The notes beneath the pieces were generated by a model, which was given only the letters and a program-made list of their open reading frames with translations, had not been told where the DNA came from and ran no database searches. Made by a program: the position numbers and the translations under genes. DNA of 64,000 bases from Deltaproteobacteria bacterium. GTDB taxonomy: Bacteria; Desulfobacterota; Syntrophia; Syntrophales; JACQWR01. Of this stretch, positions 57,137-64,000 are shown in pieces; position 1 is the first letter of the stretch; every line of letters begins with the position of its first letter. Location: positions 2,260 through 66,259 of the forward strand of contig JAPLJV010000061.1 in assembly GCA_026388415.1 (NCBI GenBank). Direction: 5' to 3'.

Positions 57137-57532
57137 ATGACTCAATACAGCGACAAAGTTATCGAACATTTTTCTAATCCCCGCAATGCGGGCGTCATTG
57201 AGAACGCCGACGGGGTCGGTGAGATCGGCGATCCGGATTGTGGGGATTTTATGAGAGTGTACATTAAGATCGAAAAGCATATTGTCACGGACGTGAAGTA
57301 CCAGGTAAAGGGTTGCCCGGCGTCTATCGCGTGTGCCAGCGCTATGACGGAAATGGCCATCGGGCAAGATCTTGATGACGTCATGATGATTTCCGATGAT
57401 GATATCGTTGCTGCCCTGGACGGGTTGCCGGAATTCAAGATTCACTGTTCGGCCCTCGGGGCTTCCGGGCTGCAAAAGGCCGTCATAGACTATTTCGATA
57501 AGCGCGTTGTGAGCAGACACAGCGAGGTATGA
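57137..57532 (+). CDS. IscU/NifU-N-terminal-like Fe-S cluster scaffold protein
   Basis: 131 aa with HFSNPRNAG, the three scaffold cysteines (DPDCGD, VKGCPASIA, KIHCS), and a GGGAGG RBS before ATG 57137. Confidence 0.8.
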   Translation: MTQYSDKVIEHFSNPRNAGVIENADGVGEIGDPDCGDFMRVYIKIEKHIVTDVKYQVKGCPASIACASAMTEMAIGQDLDDVMMISDDDIVAALDGLPEFKIHCSALGASGLQKAVIDYFDKRVVSRHSEV

Positions 57533-57583
57533 ATCAGAATCACAGCACGCAGGTTAAAGGCTTTCTAAAAATGGAGGTAAACG

Positions 57584-58114
57584 ATGTTCTACAGGTTCGA
57601 TGGAAAGCAGCCCTCTGTAGGGAACGGTACTTATGTCAGCGAAACCGCAATTGTGATTGGTGACGTAATAATCGGAAATGATTGTTATATTGGGCACGGT
57701 GTCATCCTGCGCGGTGATTATGGAACCATCAAGATAGGGAACGAAACGGCGGTTGAGGAAGGGGCGGTAATTCATGCCCCCCCTCAGGACTATTGCTCCA
57801 TAGGCAATGGGGTAATCATCGGACATGGGGCGATCATCCATGCAAAGCTGATAGGCGATTTTGCCGGGATCGGCATGGGCGCCGTCTTAAGCATCCGCTC
57901 TGAGGTCGCCAGTGGAGCTACTGTGGCGGAGGGCACTGTGGTAAAGCAGGAGCAGAAGATACCGGAAGCGGTCGTGTTCGCAGGCAATCCGGCAAAAAAG
58001 ATCAGGGATGTGTCGCAGCAGGAAAGAGACTTCTGGGATTATGCCAGGAAGCTTTATGCAGACCTGGCACATAAGTATTGTAAACTTGGTATGGAAAAAA
58101 TAGAGATGACTTAA
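57584..58114 (+). CDS. gamma-carbonic-anhydrase-like / hexapeptide-repeat protein (PaaY/CaiE/YrdA family)
   Basis: 176 aa left-handed beta-helix protein with hexapeptide repeats (IGDVIIGNDCYIGHGVILRGD...IGNGVIIGHGAIIH). The last 146 nt are duplicated at 62749-62894. Confidence 0.8.
   Translation: MFYRFDGKQPSVGNGTYVSETAIVIGDVIIGNDCYIGHGVILRGDYGTIKIGNETAVEEGAVIHAPPQDYCSIGNGVIIGHGAIIHAKLIGDFAGIGMGAVLSIRSEVASGATVAEGTVVKQEQKIPEAVVFAGNPAKKIRDVSQQERDFWDYARKLYADLAHKYCKLGMEKIEMT
57969..58114 (+). repeat. 146-bp direct repeat, left copy (3' end of the intact hexapeptide gene)
   Basis: Aligns without gaps to 62749-62894 with 10 mismatches (about 93% identity). Both copies end at the TAA stop. Confidence 0.95.
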
Positions 58115-58215
58115 TAGAGTGAAGAGGATCCAATCAGAGTTAATGATTATCGGCGGGGGTGTCTTGACAATTGTCCTATTGACCGGGGGGCATTAGTGAA
58201 AAGAGACCAAACAAA

Positions 58216-58764
58216 TTGAGTGTATTGGTTCCACGGATGATATTTTTTACGAAGGGTGTTGGCACTCACAGGGAGGAGCTACATTCTTTTGAGCTGGCAT
58301 TAAGATCTGCCGGTATTGAAAAATGCAATTTAGTGCAGGTTTCCAGTATCCTGCCGCCGCAATGCAAGGTAATCCCGCGCACTCAGGGTTTGAAATTGTT
58401 GCAGCCCGGCGCCATCACCTACTGCGTGCTATGCCGTTGCTGCAGTAATGAACCGAGACGTTTACTGGCAGCCTCGGTCGGATGTGCCATCCCTACGGAT
58501 AAGAACACCTATGGCTATATAAGCGAGCACCATTCCTTCGGTCAGACGGAGAGGCAGGCGGGAGACTACGCGGAAGACTTAGCCGCGGCCATGTTGGCCT
58601 CAACCCTGGGCATTGATTTCAATATTGATGAGAGCTGGGACGAGAAAAAAGAGATATTTAAAATAAGCGGCAAGATTGTAAGTACCAGAAATATAACGCA
58701 GTCAAGCATCGTAAGGAACTACGGATATGCAACGGTGATTGCCGTTGCTGTATTTGTATTTTAA
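58216..58764 (+). CDS. pdaD: pyruvoyl-dependent arginine decarboxylase
   Basis: 182 aa with the self-processing site motif LVQVSSILPP (Ser-Ser cleavage) and SFELALRSAGI. The ORF-track start is TTG at 58216; ATG at 58237 is an alternative. Confidence 0.85.
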   Translation: MSVLVPRMIFFTKGVGTHREELHSFELALRSAGIEKCNLVQVSSILPPQCKVIPRTQGLKLLQPGAITYCVLCRCCSNEPRRLLAASVGCAIPTDKNTYGYISEHHSFGQTERQAGDYAEDLAAAMLASTLGIDFNIDESWDEKKEIFKISGKIVSTRNITQSSIVRNYGYATVIAVAVFVF

Positions 58765-58784
58765 TTTTTAGGAGCGAATTCAAT

Positions 58785-59090
58785 ATGGGTGCAATAAGAC
58801 AGGCCTATTACAACCTCTTTTCCAGGTTCTATGACCACATTATCCGTTTGCATTCACGGGATCGCCAATGATCTCTCCGAAGGTTCATCACCGACAGAAC
58901 GAGGGTATCCGAAGGAGACAGGGTATTGGTGGACCTCTGCACCGGAACCGGCGCGGTCGCTGTCGAACTGGCGGAGCGCGTGGGAAAGGGCGGTTTGGTG
59001 GTAGCACTCGGTTTTTCTTCCGGAATGCTGGAAAAGGAGATGAGTCCGACGGGACAGTCAAAGCTTGTTTACGGGAAGAAAGGAGAATAG
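58785..59090 (+). pseudogene. class I SAM-dependent methyltransferase (UbiE/COQ5-like), in-frame TGA and 3'-truncated
   Basis: A single frame reads MGAIRQAYYNLFSRFYDHIIRLHSRDRQ-TGA(58869)-SLRRFI...GDRVLVDLCTGTGAVAVELAERVGKGGLVVALGFSSGMLEK. It has the SAM motif I (DLCTGTG) but ends after about 100 aa where the next gene begins. Confidence 0.65.
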
Positions 59091-59094
59091 GCCA

Positions 59095-59820
59095 ATGAAA
59101 ATATTAGAAGACCTCTTTTTAAGCCTTAAGGAGAACGATTACCCAGTCAAAAGGGTTCATACCTGTGTTTTCTGGACTGCCGTCGTCAGTAAGCATTGTG
59201 GTCTTTCCTCCACTTTCAGAGATGAAAGTGTTCCCCACGATCACGGTGTGCGGGATGTTGGCAACCTCATCCAAAAGACAGCTTTGGGATTGGCTGAGTA
59301 TGCCCGATCGGAAAGCCTTCTGGAGGCCTCTATTGGTATGGCAACGATCAATTCACTGATCGATATTGATGAATCCAAATGCGTCGAAAAGAATGCCCTT
59401 GATATAGTTTTGGAGAAGGGAAAAGGGAAGAATGTGGCTGTGGTGGGCCATTTCCCCTGGATCCAGAAATTGAAAGGAAAGGTGCAGAATCTCTGGGTTC
59501 TCGAACAGAGAATTCGGGAGGGAGATCTGCCGGCAAATGAAGCTTATAGAATTTTGCCGGAATGTGATGTCGTTGGCATCACAGGAACATCCTTCATCAA
59601 TCATACATTGGAAGGTCTTCTCGCCCTCTGTGAAAGAGCTTTCGTTGTCTTGATCGGTCCTACATCTCCGCTCTCCCCCGTACTTTTTGATCATGGCATC
59701 GCTGCTATTTGCGGTGTAAAGGTAACCGATGCGGACAAAGTATTTCGCTCCATCAGCGAAGGCGCCACCTTTAAAGAAATAACCGGAGTGAAACTGCTTA
59801 CTTTGACCAGGACATTGTGA
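59095..59820 (+). CDS. DUF4213/DUF364 protein (putative heavy-metal chelation Rossmann-like domain)
   Basis: ATG at 59095 has an AAAGGAG RBS. The N-terminus V..VHTCVFWTAVVSKHCGLSSTF and the central KNVAVVGHFPWI...V.E match the pattern of this family. Confidence 0.7.
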   Translation: MKILEDLFLSLKENDYPVKRVHTCVFWTAVVSKHCGLSSTFRDESVPHDHGVRDVGNLIQKTALGLAEYARSESLLEASIGMATINSLIDIDESKCVEKNALDIVLEKGKGKNVAVVGHFPWIQKLKGKVQNLWVLEQRIREGDLPANEAYRILPECDVVGITGTSFINHTLEGLLALCERAFVVLIGPTSPLSPVLFDHGIAAICGVKVTDADKVFRSISEGATFKEITGVKLLTLTRTL

Positions 59821-59847
59821 TCTCGAAGACGAGAAAGGAGTGTATGT

Positions 59848-60264
59848 ATGGCTCTTGGTGATACCTCTGACCTGGATAAGATGCTTGATGAGATGCAGTC
59901 ATCTATTATTGAAGATGCCCGGGAGACGTTCTCAGAAGAGGTTGTGAATCGCTGGCTCAATCCAAGAAACATGGGCAGAATGGAATCCCCAGATGGAGCC
60001 GGACGTATAACCGGCCCATGCGGGGATACCATGGAGATATTTCTGAAAATCAAGGAGGATAGAATAATAAATACGATGTTCATGACCGACGGCTGTGGAA
60101 CCTCAATTGCGGCAGGGAGTATGACCGCGGATCTGGCAACTGGAAAGGATACCGGCCTCGCCATGCAGACCGGTGAAGCACTAAAGCATCTGGACAGACT
60201 CTGCCGGAAAGGTGTTGTTACCATCGTGACCACGCCTGATGGCCGATTCTACGAGGCAATTTGA
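59848..60264 (+). CDS. NifU-N/IscU-like Fe-S scaffold-type protein, divergent
   Basis: 138 aa with NPRNMG, GPCGDTMEIFL and TDGCGTSIAAGS. The third Cys context is atypical (DRLCRKG). Confidence 0.7.
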   Translation: MALGDTSDLDKMLDEMQSSIIEDARETFSEEVVNRWLNPRNMGRMESPDGAGRITGPCGDTMEIFLKIKEDRIINTMFMTDGCGTSIAAGSMTADLATGKDTGLAMQTGEALKHLDRLCRKGVVTIVTTPDGRFYEAI

Positions 60265-60276
60265 AAGGGTATAGAC

Positions 60277-60765
60277 ATGAAAAAGGCTGTGACTTACCGT
60301 CCTATCGGCGTTATCCATACCCCCTTCAAGGATATCGCGGGTATGCCCATCCAGCCCACCGGCGCCAGAGGAATCACGGGCAGGGTGATCATGGATGAAG
60401 CTTATCGGGAAGGGCTTAAAGATATTGAGGGATTCTCCCATATCTTTCTAATCTATCATCTTCACCTTTGTGATGGATATGCCCTTCAGGTCGAGCCATT
60501 CCTGGATGATGCGGTACACGGCATATTTGCCTGCCGATCTCCTAAGCGCCCGAACCCGCTCGGCTTATCGCTTGTGAAACTCATCCGGGTTGAAGGGACG
60601 ATCCTTCATATCGAAGATGTGGACATGGTCGATGGTACGCCTCTGCTGGACATCAAACCCTATGTCCCCCTGTTCGATGCGGCAATGGACGTCAGGATCG
60701 GTTGGTTCACCAACCGAGTGGACGGCGTCTTTGAGGCCCGCTCGGACGAGCGTTTCCGAACATGA
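60277..60765 (+). CDS. tsaA: TsaA/TrmO-family SAM-binding protein (tRNA m6t6A37 methyltransferase fold, YaeB/UPF0066)
   Basis: 162 aa with YRPIGVIHTPF, EGFSHIFLIYHLH, RSPKRPNPLGLS and DMVDGTPLLDIKPYVP. Confidence 0.85.
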   Translation: MKKAVTYRPIGVIHTPFKDIAGMPIQPTGARGITGRVIMDEAYREGLKDIEGFSHIFLIYHLHLCDGYALQVEPFLDDAVHGIFACRSPKRPNPLGLSLVKLIRVEGTILHIEDVDMVDGTPLLDIKPYVPLFDAAMDVRIGWFTNRVDGVFEARSDERFRT

Positions 60766-60883
60766 TTTAATTCTCTGAAAATATGCGACGTTTGCCTGGT
60801 ATAGGCGGAAAGCATGCAAACGAAAAGGGAGCTGTTTGCAGACATCACCGAAGTGATGCCGCCGAAAACAGCAAAGATAACGA

Positions 60884-61105
60884 ATGCTAACAACAGAAAG
60901 GGAAAAGAGAGTGAATGACGCGAAGAGAATCTTGAGGGACGCATGGGATCAGCATGAAGGCCCTATAATACTGAGCACCGGAGGTCAGCAAGGTGTTCCG
61001 TGCCATCTATGCAACCTGCGTAAAGATGCTGGACGATGGACGCATCGTTGTGGCGGACAACTATTTCAACAAGACCAGAAGCAACATCAATAACGGTATA
61101 ACACA
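60884..61105 (+). pseudogene. pyridoxamine-5'-phosphate-oxidase-like (FMN-binding split barrel) gene remnant, frameshifted and truncated
   Basis: Frame A reads ...AKRILRDAWDQHEGPIILSTGGQQGV. The sequence then continues only in the +1 frame as (V)FRAIYATCVKMLDDGRIVVADNYFNKTRSNINNG. The joined sequence matches the N-terminal half of small PNPOx-family proteins, and the second half of the domain is absent. Confidence 0.55.
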
Positions 61106-61108
61106 AGG

Positions 61109-61369
61109 ATGTATACAGTGGGGGCGACCGTGGCATTTGGTTTCAGAAAGGGAAGATGCTCTGCCGGGATCAACAAGAAGGGCGGGGCAGGGAAAAGACA
61201 AGGTATGGGGAGCTATTGCCCTGGAGGTCCTCCCACAAATTGTATCTGTCCCCAGTGTGGCCTTGTCGTTGCCCGTGAGCCCGGCATCCCCTGTTTTCAG
61301 AGGAAGTGTCCGCAATGCGGGTCTTTTATGGCCCGTCAATTTCTCAAGATCGAACAAAATGACATTTAG
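61109..61369 (+). CDS. small Gly/Arg/Lys-rich protein with C-terminal CPxCG...CPxCG zinc ribbon (possibly N-terminally truncated)
   Basis: ...GRCSAGINKKGGAGKRQGMGSYCPGGPPTNCICPQCGLVVAREPGIPCFQRKCPQCGSFMAR. The paired CxxC knuckles make this frame far more protein-like than the overlapping 133-aa ORF. The start codon is uncertain (61109 or 61205). Confidence 0.45.
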   Translation: MYTVGATVAFGFRKGRCSAGINKKGGAGKRQGMGSYCPGGPPTNCICPQCGLVVAREPGIPCFQRKCPQCGSFMARQFLKIEQNDI

Positions 61370-61377
61370 GTTGAGCC

Positions 61378-62706
61378 GTGGAAAGCACGAATAGTCATAT
61401 AGCGCTGCTCAAACAGGGGCAAAGAGTCGCCCTGACAGCAACGATTGTTATATTTCTCCTGGCGGTTGCTAAATTTGTCATCGGCCATCTCTTTGACTCC
61501 AGAATACTCGTTGCAGATGCCTTTCACAATGGTGTTGACGTCCTCGCTATTTTTGCTTCCTGGTTCGGTCTCTGGCTGGCCTCCCGCAAGGAGAGCGCCA
61601 GATTTCCCTATGGGCTGTACAAGGCCGAAACCTTTATTACTCTTCTGATTGGCGTTCTGGTCATATGGGCTGGTTTTGAAAACCTGGTTCAGGGGTACAA
61701 AAAGCTTTTTCTCCCGGCTCATCACCATGCATTTCCGGTGCTGCCGGTCCTGGTAAGCGGCGCCTCAGTTTTCGTATCGTATCTTGTCGCAAAGATGGAA
61801 AAAGAGACAGGCGCTTTAATCTGTTCCGGCGCTCTTCAGGCTAACGCATCCGAGGCCTTTCTCGACATCGGCACCTCATTGGTCGTTCTCGCAGGCATTC
61901 TCTTGGCCTATGCGAGGATTCCCTATATCGAAGGTGCTGTCGTGATGCTCATTGCCCTGCTCATCATCAGGCTCGGGGCGAAAAACATCTGGACTCCGAT
62001 TCTGATTCTTCTGGATGCAAACCTTGACCCGGAACTGCGGGCCGGGATAGAGAGAAAAATTTCCGCCGTTGACGGCGTCAAGGGTGTGGGGGATGTCAAG
62101 ATACGTCAGTCCGGACCCTATAAAATGGTAGAATGTAACATTGCTACGAGCCCCTCGTCCTCCGTACACAAGGCGCATGAACTTGCCGACAAAATCGAAA
62201 GCCTCATAATGAGGAATTACAGCCAGATCGAGTCCGTCTTTGTCCATGTCGAACCGGTAAGGCTTGATACCCTATCCGTTATTATACCGGTCGAAGAGAT
62301 GAATGGACTGGATTCAAAGATCCATGGCCACTTCGGCAGAGCGCCATACTTCATCATTCTGAAACTGGACGACAAAGGGGGAGCGGAGATTGAAGATTTT
62401 TATCACAATGATTTCCTTGGTGAAAAGGACCGCATACATATCGGGGTCAAGGTCATCAAGGCCGTGATCAAGCATGACCTGGGGCTCGTTTTTACCCCCC
62501 AGATTGGGGAAATCTCTTTTTACATGCTGAAAGAGAATTTTATCGATATTTACCGGGCAGAGGCAGGTGCAACAGTGCGCAAGATGATAGCGCGCTATTA
62601 CAACGGCGAAATAGAGCTGATCACGGTGCCGCATCCGGCGGAGGACTCGGAAATAGAAAGACAAACGCGGATTCCCGATCAGAGCAAGGTGAACACTCCA
62701 GTCTGA
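61378..62706 (+). CDS. cation diffusion facilitator transporter fused to a C-terminal NifX/NafY-like cofactor-binding domain
   Basis: 442 aa. CDF TMD (ADAFHNGVDV; FPYGLYKAETF), CDF cytoplasmic domain (V.GVGDVKIRQSGPYKMVECNI), then SVIIPVEEMNGLDSKIHGHFGRAPYFIILKLDD...VFTPQIGE..., the Nitro_FeMo-Co-type domain pattern. GTG start. Confidence 0.75.
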   Translation: MESTNSHIALLKQGQRVALTATIVIFLLAVAKFVIGHLFDSRILVADAFHNGVDVLAIFASWFGLWLASRKESARFPYGLYKAETFITLLIGVLVIWAGFENLVQGYKKLFLPAHHHAFPVLPVLVSGASVFVSYLVAKMEKETGALICSGALQANASEAFLDIGTSLVVLAGILLAYARIPYIEGAVVMLIALLIIRLGAKNIWTPILILLDANLDPELRAGIERKISAVDGVKGVGDVKIRQSGPYKMVECNIATSPSSSVHKAHELADKIESLIMRNYSQIESVFVHVEPVRLDTLSVIIPVEEMNGLDSKIHGHFGRAPYFIILKLDDKGGAEIEDFYHNDFLGEKDRIHIGVKVIKAVIKHDLGLVFTPQIGEISFYMLKENFIDIYRAEAGATVRKMIARYYNGEIELITVPHPAEDSEIERQTRIPDQSKVNTPV

Positions 62707-62732
62707 CAGATAGGGAAACAGCAGGAGGAATA

Positions 62733-62894
62733 ATGCATGTACCTGCATCGGTCGTGTTCGCTGGCAATCCGGCAAAAAGAATCCGGGATGTGTCGCAAAA
62801 GGAAAGAGACTTCTGGAATTATGCCAGGAAGCTTTATGTGGACCTGGCATATAAGTATTGTAAACTTGGTATGGAAAAAATAGAGATGACTTAA
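62733..62894 (+). pseudogene. displaced 3' fragment of a hexapeptide (gamma-CA-like) gene; 53-codon ORF with fortuitous RBS/ATG
   Basis: MHVPASVVFAGNPAKRIRDVSQKERDFWNYARKLYVDLAYKYCKLGMEKIEMT matches the last 48 aa of the 57584-58114 product with 6 aa changes. AGGAGG lies 6 nt before the ATG. Confidence 0.75.
62749..62894 (+). repeat. 146-bp direct repeat, right copy
   Basis: See 57969-58114. Confidence 0.95.
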
Positions 62895-63143
62895 CTGGCT
62901 CCTCGCTGAACTGTATGGATAATCCGATTCGGAACGCGATATATATCCGCCATCAAAATTATGTTTTCGTCGATACTTACTCCATACCGGGTTGGCCATG
63001 GCCTTGATGATTTTTACCCGTGCTTCCGCCTCTAATAAGGTTATCGTGAATTATCACGCTAATCGGTCATCTATTGCTGGTGTTTATGCCAACCGACCAA
63101 TGTTTTATCAAGCTAAATGGATAAAAAAAGTTTCCTCTTGATA

Positions 63144-63171
63144 ATATTCGTATAGCCGGTTATATGAATAT
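63144..63171 (+). promoter_or_regulatory. imperfect inverted repeat, candidate ArsR operator
   Basis: ATATTCGTATA-gccggt-TATATGAATAT (10/11 complementary) lies 22 nt upstream of the arsR ATG. Confidence 0.35.
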
Positions 63172-63192
63172 ATCACTTTCAGGAGAATAAAC

Positions 63193-63543
63193 ATGAAACA
63201 AGCAGCGTCGTTTTTCAAAGTCCTTGCCGATGAAGCCCGCTTGAATATGCTCTGGCTCCTCTTGAACCACGGGGAGTTATGTGTCTGCGACTTCATGGCG
63301 GTACTCGAAGTGACCCAGTCCAAGGCGTCGCGGCACCTGCGGACTTTGTTCAAGGCCGGCCTGGTAACCGACCGGCGTGCAGGGCTTTGGATCTATTACA
63401 CGCTCCAGCCAGCCACCGATGGTTTCGCGCAGGCCTTTCTGGAAACACTCAGTGCCGCCTTGGCCCCCCGCCAGGAGGCCGTTGAACTCCTGAAAAAACT
63501 TGAAGCATGGCTGGCGCAAAAAACCCCGACAAGCTGTGCTTGA
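63193..63543 (+). CDS. arsR: ArsR/SmtB-family metalloregulator
   Basis: 116 aa with FKVLADEARLNMLWLL..GELCVCDF (the ELCVCD As(III)-binding motif) and a winged HTH. Confidence 0.85.
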   Translation: MKQAASFFKVLADEARLNMLWLLLNHGELCVCDFMAVLEVTQSKASRHLRTLFKAGLVTDRRAGLWIYYTLQPATDGFAQAFLETLSAALAPRQEAVELLKKLEAWLAQKTPTSCA

Positions 63544-63574
63544 TGGGCGCGTAGTTTAACTATAGGAGGCAACC

Positions 63575-64000
63575 ATGACAGGCTCAATCAGTAAGAAACT
63601 TTCCTTTCTGGACCGCTACCTGACCCTCTGGATATTTGCCGCCATGGCAGTAGGCGTCGGCGCCGGCTGGCTCATCCCCGGGGTCAAGGACTTCGTCAAC
63701 TTATTTACCGTCGGGACCACGAACATTCCCATCGCCGCGGGCCTGATCCTGATGATGTATCCACCCTTCGCCAAGGTGAAGTACGAGGAGATGGGGGACG
63801 TCTTCCGCAACAAGCGGATATTGGGACTCTCCCTGGTACAGAACTGGGTCGTCGGCCCGATTCTCATGTTTGTCCTGGCCATCGTTTTTCTGCACGACAA
63901 GCCGGAATACATGGTCGGGCTGATCATGATCGGGCTGGCGCGCTGCATCGCCATGGTTATCGTCTGGAACGATCTGGCCAAGGGGGATACGGAGTACGCC
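63575..64000 (+). CDS. acr3: ACR3-family arsenite efflux transporter, N-terminal part (continues beyond window)
   Basis: ATG at 63575 follows a [31 protein letters not shown]...[21 protein letters not shown]...LVQNWVVGP is the characteristic ACR3 N-terminus, and the frame is open to the window end. Confidence 0.9.
   Translation, partial: MTGSISKKLSFLDRYLTLWIFAAMAVGVGAGWLIPGVKDFVNLFTVGTTNIPIAAGLILMMYPPFAKVKYEEMGDVFRNKRILGLSLVQNWVVGPILMFVLAIVFLHDKPEYMVGLIMIGLARCIAMVIVWNDLAKGDTEYA

Noticed and set aside
58869-58871. The in-frame TGA in the methyltransferase as a selenocysteine codon.
   Set aside because: I saw no SECIS-like hairpin in the 40 nt downstream; only a direct repeat of TCCGAAGG is there. 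The position corresponds to where UbiE-like proteins often have Trp, which is one TGG-to-TGA change. The gene is also 3'-truncated, so a nonsense mutation in a pseudogene is the simpler reading.
60993-61394. A 133-aa ORF as a real gene.
   Set aside because: Only its first ~35 codons look like a protein (the PNPOx-like segment). The remainder is the out-of-frame reading of the CPxCG zinc-ribbon ORF and is not protein-like.

Overview
This 64-kb chromosomal window comes from a Gram-negative anaerobe. Gene content (Tol-Pal, EF-P beta-lysylation genes, POR, NfnAB, sigma-54 regulation) suggests a syntrophic or sulfate-reducer-type deltaproteobacterium; that is inference only. All family assignments rest on motif recognition by eye, because no searches were run.

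Positions 1-42.5 kb are core housekeeping:
- miaA (3' end), a GT2-like glycosyltransferase, tadA, two tandem tRNA-Ser genes, SRP RNA (ffs), and dnaX-ybaB-recR.
- A four-subunit 2-oxoacid:ferredoxin oxidoreductase followed by a HoxEFU/NuoEF-like diaphorase trio.
- tRNA-Asn, nfnAB, and an S41 protease.
- An envelope cluster (YibQ-like protein, TPR lipoprotein, LolB-like protein) facing a minus-strand tolQ-tolR-tolA-tolB-pal-ybgF operon.
- epmB-efp-epmA, two divergent acyl-CoA dehydrogenases plus an MFS transporter, tRNA-Leu and ribF.
- A minus-strand leuB-leuA-leuC-leuD, split metH, pyrE block.

Positions 42.5-64 kb are accessory: small signalling proteins (cNMP-binding, PilZ), a CDF transporter, a decayed HigA relic and a DUF89 protein.

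The main candidate system is a sigma-54 activator (PAS domain with a 4-Cys motif) with tandem TGCA-N3-TGCA sites and a -24/-12 promoter. It drives a 13-gene operon of metallocofactor-handling parts:
- three NifX-like proteins, a DUF5320 protein, and two MinD-type ATPases with ferredoxin inserts;
- a Cys-less MOSC protein, an FmdB zinc ribbon, Mrp/NBP35, and a MoaD-like protein without a GG terminus;
- YqeB-like, IscU-like and gamma-CA-like proteins.

No client enzyme for this operon is present in the window.

A 4.6-kb cassette sits immediately 3' of the operon. It carries pdaD, DUF364, IscU-like, TsaA, a CDF::NifX fusion and three decayed genes. It is bracketed by 146-bp direct repeats of the 3' end of the gamma-CA-like gene. 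An arsR-acr3 module follows.

No CRISPR array, IS element, integrase or rRNA was seen.
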